64,000 nt of DNA. Source: Candidatus Saccharimonadales bacterium. GTDB lineage: Bacteria > Patescibacteriota > Saccharimonadia > Saccharimonadales > UBA4665. This document shows, piece by piece, positions 18,235 to 26,902 of the stretch (positions within the stretch are counted from its first letter, which is position 1; every line of letters starts with the position of its first letter). The notes below the pieces were generated by a model. It had not been told where the DNA came from. It worked only from the letters and a program-made list of their open reading frames with translations, and ran no database searches. The position numbers and the translations under genes are program-made. The DNA is taken from NCBI GenBank assembly GCA_038230395.1, contig JBBRNI010000005.1, forward strand, positions 834 through 64,833. The letters run 5' to 3'.

Positions 18235-19662
18235 ATGAAACCAACCAGAACTCGCTTCGCTCCTAGCCCAACTGGGTTTTTACATGTCGGTGGTATCCGA
18301 ACGGCGCTGTTTGCTTGGCTGCTGGCTCGCCAGCATAACGGCGCATTTATACTTCGCTTTGAGGATACCGACAAAAAACGAGAAGTCGAGGGTGCTCGAG
18401 AGCACCTTATGGCCAGCTTACGTGCCCTTGGGCTCGATTACGATGAAGGGCCAGACATTGGTGGTCCATTCGCGCCATACGTACAAAGCGAACGACTGGA
18501 AAACTATCAAGCCTGGGCCCAAAAACTAATTGCTAGCGGCCGAGCTTACGCTGACCCGTACAGCGCAGAAGAAGTTGATACTTTTCGCGCCCAAGCGCGC
18601 GCCGAAAAGCGGGCTTTTTTGTATCGACATCATCGACCCGAAAATCCACCGGCCTGGGACGGATCAACACCGTTACGTTTTCGTTCTGAGCCCAAAGCTT
18701 ATACCTGGCATGATGAAGTTATGGGTGACTTGAGCACCGGCCCTGAAGTGATTGATGACTTTATACTCATTAAATCAGATGGCTACCCGACCTATAATTT
18801 TGCCCACATAGTAGATGACGCTGAAATGGAAATTAGTCAGATTATCCGAGGGCAAGAGTTTTTAGCTAGCGTACCAAACTATTTAAATTTGTATGAAGCC
18901 TTCGGTATTGCCCCGCCAAGTATGGCTACGGTGCCACATATCCTAGGGCCAGATGGCAATAAAAAGCTCAGTAAGCGTGATGGAGCAAAGGATGTACTAG
19001 ATTATATTCGTGATGGATACCTGCCTGAGGCACTTATTAACTTCATAGCCTCACTTGGCTGGAACGATGGCACCGAGCAAGAGATATTTAGCCGCCAAGA
19101 TCTAATTGAAAAATTTAGTATGGATCATGTCCAAAAGAGTGGCGCCCGCTTTGATGAGCGACGGCTGCAGTGGCTCAATGGCGCCTACATTAGGCAGATG
19201 CCGCTCGATCAGCTGTACACCTGCGTCAAACAATTTTGGCCCGCCGAAGCCACTGAGTACGATCATACCTATAAGCTTTACGTGCTGGGGCTGGTGCAAG
19301 AGCGACTAAAATACTTTTCGGAATTGCCAGAACTAACTCGCTTTTTCTTCGTTGACCTGCCAATAAATCCAGAACTTATCACTACCCATAAGCAACTCCG
19401 GAAGTTATCGCTGGATGAGCTCCGAAAACTCCTATTAGCGGCCCAAGCCACACTGTCAGAAAGTGCATTTGATGTTAAAGATCTCATTGCACGCTTAAAT
19501 GACTTATTGGAGCAAACCGAGCAAAAACCAGCGGTACTTTTTAGTTTGATCCGTATTGCTACAACTCAAGCTGCGGCTAGCCCTGGGTTAGCTGAAAGTT
19601 TAGCGATTCTTGGTCCCGAACGAAGCCTTGCCCGTGTTCAAGCCCAAATCGATGCCCTTTAG
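18235..19662 (+). CDS. gltX: Glutamate--tRNA ligase
   Basis: RFAPSPTGFLHVGGIRTALF (HIGH region) and KLSKRDG (KMSKS). Confidence 0.95.
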   Translation: MKPTRTRFAPSPTGFLHVGGIRTALFAWLLARQHNGAFILRFEDTDKKREVEGAREHLMASLRALGLDYDEGPDIGGPFAPYVQSERLENYQAWAQKLIASGRAYADPYSAEEVDTFRAQARAEKRAFLYRHHRPENPPAWDGSTPLRFRSEPKAYTWHDEVMGDLSTGPEVIDDFILIKSDGYPTYNFAHIVDDAEMEISQIIRGQEFLASVPNYLNLYEAFGIAPPSMATVPHILGPDGNKKLSKRDGAKDVLDYIRDGYLPEALINFIASLGWNDGTEQEIFSRQDLIEKFSMDHVQKSGARFDERRLQWLNGAYIRQMPLDQLYTCVKQFWPAEATEYDHTYKLYVLGLVQERLKYFSELPELTRFFFVDLPINPELITTHKQLRKLSLDELRKLLLAAQATLSESAFDVKDLIARLNDLLEQTEQKPAVLFSLIRIATTQAAASPGLAESLAILGPERSLARVQAQIDAL

Positions 19663-19714
19663 GTATTGGGAGTGTTGAAACGGGTTAGACACTTACCATA
19701 AGCATTGATATACT

Positions 19715-21055
19715 ATGGCTATGAAGAACGTCAATCCGGAGGGTAGGCCGGTGGACAGTAAAACTGAAACTGAACCCAAAACAGAAGCTGAGCCAAAAAC
19801 GGCAACTGAACCGGTTTTTCCACAAACTCCCGAAACAAAAACAGATGAGCCAACCGAGTTCAAAACGCCTGATCAGGTGGCAGCCACCGATGATATTGCT
19901 GCTGTTGTGCCCGAAACGACTCCTCCAGCTGAAGCTACTTTGCCCGAGCTAAAAGCTGCCAGTAGTGAAGGCTGGAAAGCGCGCTTCGCTCTACATTGGC
20001 CTCCAGGCAATAAAGAGTATGTTGTCGCGGCCGTCGTGTTAGTACTGCTTGCTGGTATAGGTTCCGCCCTGGCGCTCAGCCACACCTCTAAGCCAGTAGT
20101 CAGCCATGTAGCGAAACATCGTGTCAAAAAACAAAAGCCCGCTCCAGCGCCAACAGTTGTAGCCTCAACACTCAGTGGGCTACCAGTGGCGCCAGCCATA
20201 AATCAACGCCCAGTGACGGCAGTTATGATCGAGAATAGCCTCGATGCTCGACCTCAATCTGGCTTGAGCCAAGCAGGAGTTGTGTTTGAAGCAATTGCCG
20301 AAGGCGGCGTTACCAGGTTTATGGCGCTATACCAAGATACCGCACCGGATAACATCGGTCCGATCCGTAGCGCCCGCCCATATTATGTAAATTGGTCGCT
20401 GGGCTTTGACGCGGGGTATGCTCACGTGGGTGGCAGCCCAGATGGTTTGCAGGCTATCAAAGACTTACATGTGCGGGACTTAGACCAATTCTTCAACAGC
20501 GGAGCTTACCACCGTATTGATACTCGTGATGCACCACATAATGTCTATACTGGGGTTCCGACTCTTACTGATCTCCAAGTCAGCAAGGGCTATACAACGA
20601 GCAATTACAGTGGTTTTGTGCGAAAAGTAGCGGCTCCAAACCCAGCTCCGAATGCCAAAACTGTCGATCTATCCTTGTCAGGGTATTATTACAATCCTCA
20701 CTTCGATTACAACCCAGCTTCCAACAGCTATGGACGCAGCGAAGCCGGTGCTCCCCAAACCGACCAAAACACTGGTCAGCAGCTCTCTCCAAATGTTGTG
20801 ATTGCCATGGTCACACCGCTGGGTCAGGGCGAGCTTGATGATAGTGGAGCTTATTATTCCAATTACACTGTCATAGGTAGTGGTGCGGCCTATGTTTTTC
20901 AAGATGGAGTAGTGACTATAGGCCAGTGGAACAAAGTTAGTCCAACTGCTCAAATAACATTTACTGACGCCGCCGGCAAACCAATTGGACTTAATCCTGG
21001 CCAAACCTGGCTGACTGCCGTGAGCAGCTCAAACGGTATCACCTACGCGCCGTAA
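19715..21055 (+). CDS. DUF3048-like secreted/anchored protein
   Basis: TM anchor after a Pro/Glu/Thr/Lys-rich repeat (TEPKTEAEPKTATEP). The core PVTAVMIENSLDARPQSGLSQAGVVFEAIAEGGVTRF matches my memory of DUF3048. Confidence 0.7.
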   Translation: MAMKNVNPEGRPVDSKTETEPKTEAEPKTATEPVFPQTPETKTDEPTEFKTPDQVAATDDIAAVVPETTPPAEATLPELKAASSEGWKARFALHWPPGNKEYVVAAVVLVLLAGIGSALALSHTSKPVVSHVAKHRVKKQKPAPAPTVVASTLSGLPVAPAINQRPVTAVMIENSLDARPQSGLSQAGVVFEAIAEGGVTRFMALYQDTAPDNIGPIRSARPYYVNWSLGFDAGYAHVGGSPDGLQAIKDLHVRDLDQFFNSGAYHRIDTRDAPHNVYTGVPTLTDLQVSKGYTTSNYSGFVRKVAAPNPAPNAKTVDLSLSGYYYNPHFDYNPASNSYGRSEAGAPQTDQNTGQQLSPNVVIAMVTPLGQGELDDSGAYYSNYTVIGSGAAYVFQDGVVTIGQWNKVSPTAQITFTDAAGKPIGLNPGQTWLTAVSSSNGITYAP

Positions 21056-21057
21056 TT

Positions 21058-22596
21058 ATGGATCAAATACACCAACTTCTTCGCAGTATCCGTCAACATT
21101 TATTGTTAGTGGTATTAGCCGAGAATGCCGCGCTACTAAGCATTTGGGTAATTCTAGAAGACTTTGCTAAATTATCAAATATTTTGACACTACTAATTAG
21201 TTTTTGGCTGATAATTGGTGGCAGTATCCTTATCGCGGCTTTCAGTGGTCGTTACCTTATTCAGCCAATCCAAGCCTTGTGGCAAGCGGTTATGCACCTC
21301 AGCCCCTCGGTACAGGGCGTATCTGCGCCCGACCTCGCTAAAATCACTCTTGGCGCTGGCTTAGTAACTAATCTTATCTCCCAGATTCACCAATTAACTG
21401 ATGTTGCCGAGCAATCTGCCATTGCCGCCCAGAAGGCGATAACAGATATCAGCCACAATTTTGTTGCCCAAAATTTGCCACTACCATTTATTACTCTCGA
21501 CTCGAGCGAAACCATAACTTTCGCTAACGACTCCATGTCGAAATACCTTGGGATTAGCGCTACAGATTTGATCGGCAAAAATATTTATTTCGTCATGGAC
21601 TTGGCGTTCCCGAGTGAAGACACCTTCGATATGTGGCTAAAAGAAGCCAAACTTCACAGTGCCACTGCCACGCGCTCCTGGGAGCGGGTCAAAATGGACG
21701 TCCGTGATAACCACCCACTACGGCTATTTGATTTGGCAGCCTATTATAACCGTGATAACGGCGATCATATCGAGACAATGTTAGTGCTGCTCGACCACAC
21801 CAAAACCTACAGTCAAGATGATCAAGCTATCAGCTTCATTGCCTTATCAGTCCATGAACTTCGTACACCTCTGACATTACTTAGGGGTTATATCGAGGTT
21901 TTCCAAGATGAATTGCAGGGTAAGGTAGAACCTGATCTGCTCGATTTTATGAATAAGATGAGTGCTACTGCGCAGCAACTAATGGCCTTCGTGAACAACA
22001 TTCTCAACGTCGCGCGAGTAGATGATGATCAACTGCAACTAAAACTGCAAGAAGAGCAGTGGGGTGATATCCTCAAGAGTAGCCTCGACACACTAAGTTT
22101 ACGGGCCGGTGTCCGCGGAATTACGCTCGAATACAGCTTGGCTCCTAACTTACCGACCGTCGCGGTGGATCGCCTGAGTATTTATGAAGTGCTGAATAAC
22201 CTCGTTGATAATGCTATTAAATACAGTAACGGTAGTAAGATAATCAAGATCGCCGCCCATCTGGATGCTCAGGGTATGGTCGAGACCACAATTCAGGACT
22301 TCGGTGGAGGCATGCCGGCGAATGTTCTGCCAAACTTATTTACCAAGTTCTATCGTGATCACCGCAATCGTGCTCAAATTGGAGGTACTGGCCTAGGTTT
22401 GTATCTGTCAAAAGCTATTCTCACGGCTCACGGTGGCAATATATGGGTTACCAGTAAAGAGAATGAGGGCAGTACCTTTGGTTTCACACTCGTGCCATAT
22501 GCTCAGCTCGGTACCGAGCTGAAACAGAGTCAAAACCAAGAAATTGTACGAAGTGCTCACGGCTGGATCAAAAACCACTCACTCTATCGTCGATAA
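21058..22596 (+). CDS. Membrane sensor histidine kinase (PAS + HisKA + HATPase_c)
   Basis: H-box SVHELRTPLT, N-box DNAIKYS and G-box GGTGLGLYLSK. There are two N-terminal TM segments. Confidence 0.9.
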   Translation: MDQIHQLLRSIRQHLLLVVLAENAALLSIWVILEDFAKLSNILTLLISFWLIIGGSILIAAFSGRYLIQPIQALWQAVMHLSPSVQGVSAPDLAKITLGAGLVTNLISQIHQLTDVAEQSAIAAQKAITDISHNFVAQNLPLPFITLDSSETITFANDSMSKYLGISATDLIGKNIYFVMDLAFPSEDTFDMWLKEAKLHSATATRSWERVKMDVRDNHPLRLFDLAAYYNRDNGDHIETMLVLLDHTKTYSQDDQAISFIALSVHELRTPLTLLRGYIEVFQDELQGKVEPDLLDFMNKMSATAQQLMAFVNNILNVARVDDDQLQLKLQEEQWGDILKSSLDTLSLRAGVRGITLEYSLAPNLPTVAVDRLSIYEVLNNLVDNAIKYSNGSKIIKIAAHLDAQGMVETTIQDFGGGMPANVLPNLFTKFYRDHRNRAQIGGTGLGLYLSKAILTAHGGNIWVTSKENEGSTFGFTLVPYAQLGTELKQSQNQEIVRSAHGWIKNHSLYRR

Positions 22597-22625
22597 GCGC
22601 TCGTAACATCTGATACAATACTGCT

Positions 22626-23039
22626 ATGGACTCAGAACAAAACCCTCCAGCACAAAATCCTCCAGCTAATGGTCGCACCGTACTGTGTATCGAAGATGAA
22701 CATTTTATTAGTGAATTATACGCCCGTGCCCTGAAAAAGAGCGGCTACCAAGTAACGGTGATTGCTGATGGCCAAGTTGCCCTTAACGAAGCCCAGAAGG
22801 ACATCTACGATATCATCTTGCTGGATCTTATGGTACCAAACTTAACAGGCATAGAAATCTTGCGGGTATTACGTGACCCAGCTCGAGTTCCACCACTCAA
22901 GGCCAAGATTATCATCACAACTAATCTCGAGCAGCGTGAAGATGTTCGAGCTGACATCGAAAACCGAGCTGATGGCTACTTGGTAAAAGCCGAGATGACT
23001 CCCCACGAACTCGTCAGCTTCATCGACACCGTCAAATAG
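22626..23039 (+). CDS. Stand-alone receiver-domain response regulator (no output domain)
   Basis: 137 aa with CheY-like VLCIEDE...ILLDLMVP...IIITTN. Confidence 0.9.
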   Translation: MDSEQNPPAQNPPANGRTVLCIEDEHFISELYARALKKSGYQVTVIADGQVALNEAQKDIYDIILLDLMVPNLTGIEILRVLRDPARVPPLKAKIIITTNLEQREDVRADIENRADGYLVKAEMTPHELVSFIDTVK

Positions 23040-23067
23040 ACTTGGGCATACTGCAGTAAATATCACG

Positions 23068-23095
23068 TTGCATCGAGCGGGCGAGCGGGTATAAT
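23068..23095 (+). promoter_or_regulatory. Candidate sigma70-type promoter (TTGCAT-16 nt-TATAAT)
   Basis: TTGCAT at 23068..23073 and TATAAT at 23090..23095. It would give a ~250-nt leader ahead of the gene at 23353. Confidence 0.3.
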
Positions 23096-23352
23096 AAGCA
23101 CTAGCCACGTTGGGACTTCGAGACATTGCCTTGATTTCCCCTCGGACTATTTACAAGCAACCATACTCCGGTCACTGCGCGCTTTTCTATATTTTTACGT
23201 TTTTAGCTTAACGGTTTTGCCCCTGGAACGGTGGCCCAAAATCTCGCTCAAAACTACTCCAACTAATCCGTTCACTGATCTGTTAATACTCATCAGACCT
23301 CTTTTTATTAATTCTGGTTTTCGCCCCCGGGCAAAACTACAAGGAGCTTTTT

Positions 23353-23652
23353 ATGACTATTTCTCGATACGATGACTTACAAATTCAAGACGAAGTGCAG
23401 ATTACTGCCGTGACCTTTCGATCTAACAGTGAAGTGCCCGGTGACGCCCGGCTAGAGAGCTACCCGCGCCGTATGGTTTACGACGGCCGTGAATATACCT
23501 TTGTCGAATTAGGTATGCGCTACCTCGTCCAAAAAGGCCAAGAGCTCGTCAAGCTGTTTGATGTCAGCGATGGCCAAAGCTTGTTTCGTTTACGCTGCGA
23601 AGCTGACCACTGGACCCTCGTCAACATGAAACCATCGCTGCAGGCAGCCTAA
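23353..23652 (+). CDS. Small protein of unknown family, paralogue A (TLS-module accessory)
   Basis: AAGGAG Shine-Dalgarno 6 nt upstream of the ATG. It shares a P-x-RM..G..E-x-G-x-R..F..SDG..R-x-E-x-D..WTLV-x-M pattern with the ORF at 24070..24342. Confidence 0.6.
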   Translation: MTISRYDDLQIQDEVQITAVTFRSNSEVPGDARLESYPRRMVYDGREYTFVELGMRYLVQKGQELVKLFDVSDGQSLFRLRCEADHWTLVNMKPSLQAA

Positions 23653-23683
23653 TGAAGACCCAAACTAACTCGGAGGAACGACT

Positions 23684-24058
23684 ATGCAATATGATCTTGA
23701 AACTATGGCCTACAGCGACGAATTTTATGGGGACTCCGTCTCCGTTCACGCCGGCTTATCCAATCCAGCGGCTGATCGCCGCAGAGCAGGCGTCCAGCTA
23801 TTGCTCGACCTCAATCAGCACCTAATCAAACGCCCCAGCAGTAGTTTTCTATTTAGAGTAGCTGGGCACCGCTGGGCTTCCCATGGCGTCTTTGATGGTG
23901 ATATCGCCATCATCGACCGAGCGCTAACACCACAGCCCACTGATATGGTCATCATATGGCAGGATAGTGGCTTTAGCTTGAGCGCTCAGAGACAGCTATC
24001 CCTCGAGGATGAGCCACTTGGCGTTGTCACGTCCGTTATTCATCAATACCACCGCTAA
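23684..24058 (+). CDS. UmuD-like S24-fold protein lacking the Ser/Lys catalytic dyad
   Basis: Hand alignment to E. coli UmuD gives VHAGLSNPAAD vs VQCGFPSPAADY, VAGHRWASHGVFDGDIAIID vs [20 protein letters not shown], and FSLSAQ vs FTVKKL. Confidence 0.7.
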   Translation: MQYDLETMAYSDEFYGDSVSVHAGLSNPAADRRRAGVQLLLDLNQHLIKRPSSSFLFRVAGHRWASHGVFDGDIAIIDRALTPQPTDMVIIWQDSGFSLSAQRQLSLEDEPLGVVTSVIHQYHR

Positions 24059-24069
24059 CACCCACCGCT

Positions 24070-24342
24070 ATGGATCCAACAATACAAATCAATGAGCGCG
24101 TCGATATAGTCGCGGTTTACCGTAAACACGGTGACATTGCTTCACTTTGCATGCCCTGCCGGATGCGCTGGCATGGTCAAGATGTTGAGCTCACTGAATT
24201 TGGGCTCCGTCATCCAACGGTCGCCGGCAAGCGAATGATCCACGTATTCCATATGAGCGATGGTACCAACGGCTACCGCATTGAGTTCGATGCTGAGTCA
24301 CTGACTTGGACACTAGTCACCATGATCGCAGGGTCAGCGTGA
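24070..24342 (+). CDS. Small protein of unknown family, paralogue B (TLS-module accessory)
   Basis: 90 aa. Paralogous to 23353..23652, at roughly 30% identity by eye. Confidence 0.6.
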   Translation: MDPTIQINERVDIVAVYRKHGDIASLCMPCRMRWHGQDVELTEFGLRHPTVAGKRMIHVFHMSDGTNGYRIEFDAESLTWTLVTMIAGSA

Positions 24343-25592
24343 ACTACCACCTGAACCGCGAAGAGCCACAAATAATGCACATAGACCTCAACAGCGCCTT
24401 TGCCTCTGCCGAGCAACAAGCTTGGCCAAGTCTTCGTGGTCGGCCAATGGGCGTCACGAACCGCCTATCCAAAGAGTGCTGCGTAATTGCCGCAAGCTAC
24501 GAAGCCAAAGCCCTCGGCATCAAGGTTGGTACTCGTCGCACAGAAGCCATGGCTCTGTGCCCAGACTTTGTCATGCTCGAAACCGACCCCAGTAAATATA
24601 CACACATGTACCAAAATCTGATGCGCATCATGAAAGACTACTCGCCAAATATCAAAATGAAAAGTATTGACGAGGGTATTATAGATTTTCACGGTACCCG
24701 AGAAGTAAACAATCGAACACTGGTAGAGATCGGCTACGAAATCAAGCAGCGCATGTACACCGAAGTTGGCAGTCATATGCGGGTCAATGTTGGCATTGGG
24801 ACGAATCGCTTCTTAGCTAAAACCGCGGCTGGGCTCCACAAGCCAGACGGACTTGATCTGATCGATCACCGTAACCTGATAGATGTCTACAAATCTATGG
24901 AGCTCGAAGACATTACTGGTATTGCCGATGGCTACGGTAGTAGGTTGCGGGCACATAGCATCTATACGCCACTGCAATTCTTAGAGGCGTCAGATGAGCT
25001 GCTGAGGCGTAAGATTTTCAAGAGTATCAACGGGCTGCATTGGTATAACCGCCTCAGAGGCTACGAAGTCGATGACTACCAAACTAATCTCGGGATGGTC
25101 GGTCGGCAATGGGTTGTAAAGAAGCCCTCTAATAATGACTCCTATCTTCGTTCATGTCTCCATTTCTTGGTTGAGACTACCGGTATAAAATTACGCTTTC
25201 GCAACGTCGAAGCGCGTGGCGTCTGTGTTTGGGTGTCATTTGCTGCTGGCGGCGGCTGGTCTGATAAAAAGATGCTGCGTGCAACGTTTTACACCAATCA
25301 AGATATTTGGCTCCATGTCTCGAGGCTGTTTGATCACCGGCCGAAGCATATGGTGGTGCGTACCATGGGGCTATACCTGTATCAGTTAACACCGTCTCAG
25401 CGAAGTCAGATCAGTATGTTCGATGATGTCATCAAGGCAGATTACTTGACCAAAACTATGGACGAGATCAACGACTTCTATGGCTCGTTTACGGTCTACT
25501 CTGCCGATACACTTGTTGGTAAGCAGGAGGTGAAGCAAAAAATACCCTTTGGCGGCACAGAATACTTCGAGCTCCTGCTAAAACGGGCTTAA
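24306..25592 (+). CDS. Y-family DNA polymerase (UmuC/DinB-like)
   Basis: N-terminal IMHIDLNSAFASAEQQ (D-x-N-S-F-x-AS-x-E as in UmuC), followed by palm, finger and little-finger length. The start is uncertain among ATG 24306, GTG 24340 and ATG 24375. Confidence 0.9.
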   Translation: MDTSHHDRRVSVNYHLNREEPQIMHIDLNSAFASAEQQAWPSLRGRPMGVTNRLSKECCVIAASYEAKALGIKVGTRRTEAMALCPDFVMLETDPSKYTHMYQNLMRIMKDYSPNIKMKSIDEGIIDFHGTREVNNRTLVEIGYEIKQRMYTEVGSHMRVNVGIGTNRFLAKTAAGLHKPDGLDLIDHRNLIDVYKSMELEDITGIADGYGSRLRAHSIYTPLQFLEASDELLRRKIFKSINGLHWYNRLRGYEVDDYQTNLGMVGRQWVVKKPSNNDSYLRSCLHFLVETTGIKLRFRNVEARGVCVWVSFAAGGGWSDKKMLRATFYTNQDIWLHVSRLFDHRPKHMVVRTMGLYLYQLTPSQRSQISMFDDVIKADYLTKTMDEINDFYGSFTVYSADTLVGKQEVKQKIPFGGTEYFELLLKRA

Positions 25593-25608
25593 AGTGTAGA
25601 CAACGGCA

Positions 25609-26247
25609 TTGGGATATAAGTATGCTAGACAGATGAAATACCAGCAGTTACTTGGCCAATACCCAATTATTTCAGATCAAATTGGTAAGCCAGCCATGGG
25701 CGTAGTGTTACGTGAGTTAGAATCTGTGTTAGGGCGGGGCATCGCCGGTGACGTCGTGGAACTGGGCTGTTACATCGGCACGACAACGTTATTTATGAGA
25801 CGGCTTATGAACGAGCTGGCCTCAGGCAAACTGCTATACGCATATGATTCGTTCGAGGGGCTACCTGCCAAGCAAGCTAGTGATGCCAGTGGGGTGGGCG
25901 AGCAGTTTCAGAGAGGCGAGCTAAGAGTTACTAAGAAACAATTTATGCGAGAATTTCAGAAAGCTAATTTACAAGCCCCTATAACCCATAAAGCATGGTT
26001 CAAAGATTTACAGCCTGACCAACTACCTCAACAGATAAGTTTTGCTTTTTTGGATGGTGACTTTTACGAGTCGATCATTGACTCACTACGCTTAGTTTGG
26101 CCTCGACTTAGCAAAGGTGGGGTAATAACGATTGATGATTACCAACGAGGCGCACTACCTGGGGTAGAACGCGCAGTCAACGACTTCATTCAGGGTAAAA
26201 TTGTGCGAGTTCACCATGAACATAACATCGCTGTTATTACATGCTAG
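25609..26247 (+). CDS. Class I SAM-dependent methyltransferase, TylF/MycF-like
   Basis: VVELGCYIGTT (SAM motif I) and FAFLDGDFYESI...GGVITIDDY. The track start is TTG 25609, and ATG 25633 is an alternative. Confidence 0.7.
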   Translation: MGYKYARQMKYQQLLGQYPIISDQIGKPAMGVVLRELESVLGRGIAGDVVELGCYIGTTTLFMRRLMNELASGKLLYAYDSFEGLPAKQASDASGVGEQFQRGELRVTKKQFMREFQKANLQAPITHKAWFKDLQPDQLPQQISFAFLDGDFYESIIDSLRLVWPRLSKGGVITIDDYQRGALPGVERAVNDFIQGKIVRVHHEHNIAVITC

Positions 26248-26324
26248 TCTGCCAGCCCACCTGCCATTGAAAGCTATAGCCTCAATTGGGATGGGCATGG
26301 TAATAGGAGTGGTATGATACCCCT

Positions 26325-26753
26325 ATGAAAATGCATATTATTACTGTTGGTAGCCCCAAGCTTGCCTACGCCAAACTTGGCTGGGAGGAGTATTGCAATC
26401 GGCTCAGCCACTATCACCAGTTACGGGTTACGCATATAGCAGATAAACATAACGATGCCAGCCATATCCAAGCGGCGATTGGTGTCAGCTACAGCGTTGG
26501 ACTGGTCATTACAGGTAATGAATTTACTAGCCCCGATTTGGCTCTATTCTTAGAAAAGCGAGCTCAAGATGGCCGAGAAATTTGTTTTATCATCGGTGGC
26601 CCAGACGGTATACCACAAGAAGTCATCACAAAGTTAGACCATACCTGGAGCTACGGCGCCCTGACCTATCCACATGATCTGGCAATGGTTATGCTGGTAG
26701 AGAGCTTGTATAGAGCAAGCACTATTAGCGCTGGCCTACCGTATCACCATTAG
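26325..26753 (+). CDS. rlmH: 23S rRNA (pseudouridine1915-N3)-methyltransferase
   Basis: Size is typical of the SPOUT fold. FIIGGPDGI and a C-terminal PHDLAMVMLVESLYRA are typical of RlmH. Confidence 0.85.
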   Translation: MKMHIITVGSPKLAYAKLGWEEYCNRLSHYHQLRVTHIADKHNDASHIQAAIGVSYSVGLVITGNEFTSPDLALFLEKRAQDGREICFIIGGPDGIPQEVITKLDHTWSYGALTYPHDLAMVMLVESLYRASTISAGLPYHH

Positions 26754-26902
26754 TCATCAACGATTATCGCTGACTATCACCAAGTAAGCATAAGCATAAA
26801 TATTGTAAAATAATCTCGCACTTGTGTAAAAATTCATACAGTTGATGTTTATTTTGAAGCCTATGATGACCAACAGGTATATAAATTTCAGAGGAGGGTA
26901 CT

